From Eledone cirrhosa (lineage: Eukaryota): a DNA stretch of 64,000 nucleotides. Below, one piece after another: positions 54,489-64,000 of this stretch. The first letter of the stretch is position 1. The number at the start of each line of letters is the position of its first letter. The DNA lies in the NCBI GenBank assembly GCA_964016885.1, contig OZ024743.1, positions 79,112,001 to 79,176,000 of the forward strand. Reading direction: 5' to 3'. A program made the position numbers and the translations under genes. A model generated the notes under the pieces. It was given only the letters and a program-made list of their open reading frames with translations, made no database searches and was not told where the DNA came from.

Positions 54489-57400
54489 TTATCTCTTTCT
54501 CTTAATTTCGAGTATATTTTTGACCGGCCATCTTCCTGGTGGCAAGGTTGTAAAAGAAAAGAAATTGTCATCCCTTGAATCGCAAGAATGTTTTGCAAAT
54601 TTTGAAGGTGCCAGCTAACGCAGCCATTTGTAGACTATGAATTAGGGAGCTGCGCGCTTTGTCCGCAAATCCAAGTTCAGTTATACATTGGTCCAAGTAG
54701 GTTGGTATATAACCCGTAGCACCAATAATGATGGCTATGAAGCTAAAGGTCTATCTTGGATACTGGATTTGTAAACTCCTCATCAATGGTCCGTAGATGT
54801 CCTCCTTCTCCTGTATTTTTCTGACAACGTTTACATCAAGTGGGCAGCTGATCTCCACAACAGAACACGTTACAATGTGTTGTCCCAAACAACAATATCA
54901 GGCCGGTTGTGCTTTAATTTGGTGGCAGTTTTTATTTTCAGGTTCCATCAGTATTCCTTACTGCCATCTGTCTCAATATATTCTTCCTCGTTTGTTTTTA
55001 ATTTTGTTTTCCGAAGTGCGTTCCAGATGGTTCTAGCTATCACATCGTGTCTCATGGGGAGGTAGTAGCGAGATGACATTCTTTCGCAGCTGGCAACAAT
55101 GTGGCTTTCATCTTCGATCTTTGTTTTACATAGCCTGCATTTATTGTCAGCTGCTGGCCCTCCTCTTTTGTGCAGCAGATATTTGGTAGGGAGTTCTTGT
55201 TCTTGTATTGCATAGAAATATCCCTCAAGGTGTGATGGCATAAACATGTCGGAACTCCATGCCAGGCTTGTTGAGTGGTTTATCCCCTCTATGGTCTGTG
55301 TTTTACGTCTCAAGTATCCGTGCACAACCTTTTCTGTAAATTGGTCAATTTTTTCGTCTTGTTTGAACATTGAATAGGTTCTTCCGATTTCTCTGGGTGA
55401 AAGATTTATATCAGGCTTTATTTCATATCTCTCCTCCAGATCAGTGGCTATCCTAATGATATTTTTTTCTTCATGCTAATAAACCTGGGCAAGATGGTTG
55501 CCAACCTTTTTCTCTGTTGAAGATGTTGCTTCAGTGTTACTATCCGGGTCTCATATGATGTTAATATGAATTTTAGACCCTGGCCACCTTCCTTGCGTGA
55601 GAAGTATAGCCTATCCACATAACAATTGATGTTAAAGTTCCCAGTAACACTGAGAAGTTTGTGTGTTCTATCATCCAACTCACTTAGTTCTTGCAATGAC
55701 CAGTTCAGCAGGCCAAATGTTCGCGTTAGAATTGGCACAGCATAAGTATTGTGGGCAATGTACTTGTTGTACGCTGACAGTTCTGATGACCATATTTTCT
55801 TTACTCTTCTGAGGTATTCAGTTCTGGTTCTCTCCTTATTTATGGGTCCATCATATCTGACATTCTCATCCTGTCCAATATATCTGTAGTTGTCACCTGA
55901 CTGTAGAGGTTGTATTGTCAGGCCGTTCATCTCTAGATTTCTAGAGGAGGGCACAGCTCTTCCACGTTTTACTGCCAAATATGCACACTTGGTCTCACCA
56001 AATTTCATTTAGATGTCTGTTGAAAATTGTGTTTATGAGGTCCAATTGTTTCTTGATGTCATTGATATTTGGCCCATTCAACTTCAGGTCATCAACAAAG
56101 AAAAGATGGGAGATACTTCTGGACCCACTTCTTTGACCACCTTGTTTCCTGAGTAGGTAAGATAGTGGATTCAGTGAGAGAACGAAGAGTAGCACTGACA
56201 AGCTATCACCCTGAAAGATGCCTTTCTAGCAATGTATCTAATCAGTCTTAATCTGCTCCTTCTCACCTCTAAGGATCAAATTGGTGCACCAGTTCTTGGT
56301 CAGACGTTCAACAGCAGCTACCAGTAGTTGTGTGACTTTGGCTAACTGTAAAGCCTTAACAATCCACCCATGAGGTACAATATCAAATGTTTTTTGATAG
56401 TCCAGCCACACCACAGTCATGTTTCTGCGATTCTTTGTTGTTTTTTCTTGAATTATTTTATTTGTTAGTAGGTGATCTATGCAACCACACACCTCCCTCT
56501 TTCCACCAGTTTGCTCAGGTGTTATAATGTTGTTGGTAGCACAGTGATCCTGTAAGAACAGGTTAAGACACCCAGTATATAATTTATACATGATGTTTTG
56601 GCAGACTATTGGGCGGTAATTTTTAGCAAGGGTGGTTTGGATATTTTGGGGAATGAGGAGAGTAGTGACAGTTGATAACCATCTGGGCAGTTCTTGTGTG
56701 CCTTTAATGGTTTATGTAAACAGCCGTATGAGATCTTGCCGATAGAAAGTGAAATTCTTCAACCAGTATCCTGTAATGGGGTCTGAGCCTGGTGATTTCC
56801 TATTCGACATTTTCTGTAGAGCTATTTCCAGTATTGACCCATCTATGTCATATTGTTTTGTCTGGACATGTTGGCAGTAGTCCTGTTCCAGTTCTTTTAG
56901 CCATTTAGTTTGTCTGTTGAATCCGTCATCCGTTTCCCATACAGATCTCCAGTAGCTCTCAACCTGTTCTTTTGAAGGGGTGTCATTTACAGAGATTGAG
57001 CTTTTGCCACCGAAGCTGCGATAAACTGATTTAGGATCTCTGGAAAAAAATCTATTTAGCACTTGTGTGCTGTTGACTTATATTTTAGTGTTTATGTTGT
57101 AGCTGTGAGTTGTTGTTTCAACTGGTGTAATTTGGAGTTTAAAGTTTTAAATTTTGTATCTCCAAATCGTCTCTCTAATTTTTTTTTTACGTCTTCCTGG
57201 TGTCAGGTGAAGTTTCTCTCTATGTTGCATTTCATAATGACTGCGATGTGTGAGATACTTCGTCTCAGGGACAAAATTTTGCTTTTTAAATTTCGCACCC
57301 ACGCTAGTTCAGGCTTTTTGTTTGTATCTTGATTGCGTGGTTTTATATGTTTTTTTAGGTGATAGCAATGTGATAGCTGAAACATATAACAAAATGTTAA

Positions 57401-58295
57401 GCATTCCAAATGTCGTTTCTTTGGATCGTATAGCTTTTAGATAATTGTCAGCTATTTCGTTCACCGCCTCCAATTCCAATTTAGTGGGTTCTTTACTGAT
57501 TGTGGTGTTGTAACGGTCTGTCACTCACATTAAGGCTGTGTATATCTTGAAACATATTTTCCCATATCACTTGTAAGGTGTCCACAAGTTTTTGGTGTTC
57601 TGTTTGTACAGTAGAGTTATGAATTTCAGCCTCGTTGTTGATGTGGTGATAATTACTACTAGAGTTAGCTGACCATTCTCGCTGTTCTTCAGTGGAAGTG
57701 GGATGGATTTCAGCAAAATTGTTGGTGAGCTGGTCACTGTTAGATTTAGCTGGCCATTCTCTTTGTCTGTCAGTGGAAATGAGGTAGTTGTCTACACGGG
57801 GCTGTATTTGTAGTATCATTCAATTCCGTTCGATGTATCAATTTACATCTAATGATACATTTTGCCTGTTCATTTAAATGCTTTGGAGAAAAGACTAATT
57901 CTGGGTGTTTGGAGTTCCATAAAGTTTTTAGCCTTTGCATAAAACCGATCTTTGGGGGTTCAGATTGTTTGTATGCTTCATATAATTCTTTGTTAAGCTC
58001 CTAGCTCCACTGTATACAACGGTTGTAGTTGCGATTTGGACGGAGGAGACTTATACGTTTTGCCATGATGAGTTCGTCTATTCACTAATATTTTGTATTT
58101 ATTTTTCAAAATAGTCGATGATCTTCTTTAAAAGTTTCGACAAAGTTTTGTCAGAATCAAATTTAAAGTTATTCACAGCTTGGGTAATATTTCTTTTCAG
58201 TTAGTTTTTAATTGTAGAACTGTGTTTTTAACCTTGTTTTTGAATCGTTTGAATCGAGAACAACAAAAAAAAACCGTTACTTAGTATATTTCTTT
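54489..58295 (-). mobile_element. Near full-length R4/Dong-clade non-LTR retrotransposon (RT + CCHC + restriction-like endonuclease), disrupted ORF about 58066 to 54568
   Basis: N-terminal W..ELNKELY...GFMQRLKTLW...HPE; KSPGSDPITGYWLK, YRPIVC, WLDYQKTFDIVPH, QGDSLS, FVDD; CRLC..E..SHIVASC, RHD, PDI..E RLE motifs; 3' end abuts (CATA)n. Confidence 0.92.
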
Positions 58296-58299
58296 ATGA

Positions 58300-58693
58300 A
58301 TGATGGCTATGAAGCTAAAAGTGTTTCTTGGATACTGGATTTGTAAACTCCTCATTAATGGTCCGTAGATGTCCTCATCTCCTGTATTTTTCTGACAACG
58401 TTTACATCAAGAGGGCAGCTGATCTCCACAACAGAACACGTTTTCAATGTGTGGTCCCAAACAACAATATCAGGCCGGTTGTGCTTTAATTTGGTGGCAG
58501 TTTTTATTTTCAGGTTCCACCAGTATTCCTTAGTGCCACCTGTCTCAATATATTCTTCCTCGTTTGTTTTTAATTTTGTTTTCCGAAGTTTGTTCCAGAT
58601 GGTTCTAGCTATCCCATCGTGTCTCATAGGGAGGTAGTAGCGAGATGACATTCTTTCGCAGCTGGCAACAATGTGGCTTACATCCTCGATCTT
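58300..58693 (-). mobile_element. R4/Dong RLE-region fragment (duplicate of about 54727-55122)
   Basis: RHDGIAR, YWWNLKIKTATKLKHNRPDIVVWD, VVEISCP; 5' junction lies in (TATG)n. Confidence 0.9.
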
Positions 58694-58804
58694 GTATGTA
58701 TGTATGTATGTATATATGTATGTATGTACTTCCAGCTCAAAATGAAACCACTAAAGAAAAAAAGTACGTGTGTTTTGGAGAGAAAGTGGGTTATAGGAAA
58801 AGGT

Positions 58805-59800
<996 letters not shown>

Positions 59801-59894
59801 AGGTGAGTAATATTGTAGAACAATAAAACTATGCATATATCAGATAAGTACCACTCAACAGTTGGTAGAACAGGAGTATATATTATATATATAC

Positions 59895-62143
<2,249 letters not shown>

Positions 62144-62195
62144 AACCAGTAAAACCCCGACGGCTGAGCTCAAGCCGTTTCGACGGCTAATTCTG

Positions 62196-62238
<43 letters not shown>

Positions 62239-62280
62239 CAATATATTAATAAATGGAAACTATATTTATAAAACCATAAT

Positions 62281-62344
62281 TATTTTATTATATATATTTC
62301 AAGGCAACCAAGGCAGTCTTGGTACGCTTTCATCAGATAAAATA
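62281..62344 (-). ncRNA. Type I hammerhead ribozyme (left arm of palindrome)
   Basis: Reverse complement reads tattttat-CTGATGA-aagcgtaccaagactgccttggttgcctt-GAAA-TATATA-TA-ataaaata. Confidence 0.88.
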
Positions 62345-62464
62345 CAAGATTTGTTTTATAAATATTGACATAACCGTGGAAAAACAACCTTGACGGTTGA
62401 AAGATCACTGAACCGACATGGTTGTTTTTCCAAGGTTATGTCAATATTTATAAAACAAATCTTG

Positions 62465-62529
62465 TATTTTATCTGATGAAAGCGCACCAAGCCTGCCTTG
62501 GTTGCCCTTGAAATATATATAATAAAATA
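62465..62529 (+). ncRNA. Type I hammerhead ribozyme (right arm of palindrome)
   Basis: tattttat-CTGATGA-aagcgcaccaagcctgccttggttgccctt-GAAA-TATATA-TA-ataaaata. Confidence 0.88.
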
Positions 62530-62757
62530 ATTATGGTTTTATAAATATAGTTTCCATTTATTAATATATTGAATATTTACTGCAGTAAACTGTTGAGTGC
62601 TTTATATCAGTTATAAACTTTTAAGCTTGTTGGAATCCCAACAAATTAAATATGACTTCTGCATGTATATATATGTATATATATTTTACAGACACAGAGT
62701 AGGAAAGAGGTATCAATATCGCATTATTATATTTATTCACGTGCGACGCGTGGTTCG

Positions 62758-62797
<40 letters not shown>

Positions 62798-63001
62798 GAG
62801 AGGGAGAAAGAGAGAGAGAGGGAGGGAGGGAGATAGAGAGAGGGAGAGAGAGTAAGCTATGTGTTAGTTAATCACAGACATGATTGTATGCAAGGTGGAG
62901 CACTCAACGAAATATAGAAATAGGTCTGTTCACTCGGGTGTATATTTATAAACATGAAGTATAAGTCAACAGGCTAGAATTCATTTCATTTATTCATAAT
63001 C

Positions 63002-63060
63002 GCTGTTATATATATTTCGGTGATAACCGTTATGCAAGAGTTGTGACCTCATCAGTCAGC
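63002..63060 (-). ncRNA. Type I hammerhead ribozyme, different family, partly degenerate
   Basis: Reverse complement reads gctga-CTGATGA-ggtcacaac..gttatcacc-GAAA-TATATA-TA-acagc. Confidence 0.7.
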
Positions 63061-63147
63061 TAGAAGTTGAGCAGAAAATACAGACAAATGTGAAGAAAAA
63101 GAAAAAATAACTCCTGTTGTTTCGATTCATTGATCACACACACATAC

Positions 63148-63228
<81 letters not shown>

Positions 63229-63292
63229 AATATATAAAAAGATTCAGGACCCCGACGGCTGAGCTCTGGCCGTTTCGAGAGCTGGATCCGAA

Positions 63293-63507
63293 CCCTTCTA
63301 TATCCGACTTCGTCGGGTTTATAAATCTGATGGGCGGTTTGAGATCGAAGTCGGATTTATGGTCCTTCAGGGTAAAATAAGAGTACGAGGGTCGATAGGT
63401 TCCATTCGATCGGATATTCCGAGGCTGGAGGTGATATTTTGTCCCTCCGTATTTATGTCGTGGATCAGGAAAGAGTGGGACTTTTTATAAGTAGAGGTCA
63501 AACTACT
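63293..63507 (-). mobile_element. Penelope RT N-terminal fragment
   Basis: [27 protein letters not shown], then after a frameshift [23 protein letters not shown]; homologous to 2620-2830. Confidence 0.8.
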
Positions 63508-63531
63508 CCCCCCCCCCCTCAAACACACACT

Positions 63532-63597
<66 letters not shown>

Positions 63598-63622
63598 TAT
63601 AGATATAAGTGTGTTTGGTGGG

Positions 63623-63688
<66 letters not shown>

Positions 63689-64000
63689 CGATACTCCGAC
63701 CAATTTCCAACTCACTCAACAAACATTAGGAAATACCGGAGTATATTCCCAATTAAACGTTTGGGGTGCTAACTATATTGTATTGTGTGGATAATTTGCT
63801 GTATTATTTCATATAAGATATATTAAATAACTCATATATACATATATGGTTTTGAGTGTGTTTGCGTTCGGATCTGACGGTCCTGCTGGGTTGTTTGCAT
63901 ATATATATATATATATATGCAAAAGTTCTATTTAAAGTTGTTAGGATACAACAAGTAAATATTTTTATAACTGATAGAAAGCACTCGGCAAATTTTTGGA

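Overview
AT-rich animal genomic DNA, most likely cephalopod (Octopus-like SINEs, extreme TA/CA/TATG microsatellite density; the species call is inference). I found no convincing host protein-coding gene. In order, the window holds: (i) a decayed Penelope-like retroelement (RT + GIY-YIG, minus strand) with an inverted pseudo-LTR and hammerhead ribozyme (1-3.9 kb); (ii) a TA-flanked island with a spliced SGNH/GDSL hydrolase pseudogene with very short introns, two other gene remnants and a fold-back repeat (4.1-7.7 kb); (iii) a 28.8-kb satellite of about 496 x 58-bp units with higher-order block duplications (9.16-37.92 kb); (iv) SINEs, minisatellites (99 bp, 60/63 bp) and one intact tRNA-Leu(TAA); (v) a nest of RTE LINEs ending in (TATG)n tails, with R4/Dong-type RLE retrotransposons sitting in those (TATG)n tracts (40-59 kb); (vi) a second Penelope plus a cluster of hammerhead ribozymes, two of them arranged as a back-to-back palindrome (59.9-63.5 kb). 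Most ORFs in the supplied track are microsatellite artefacts.
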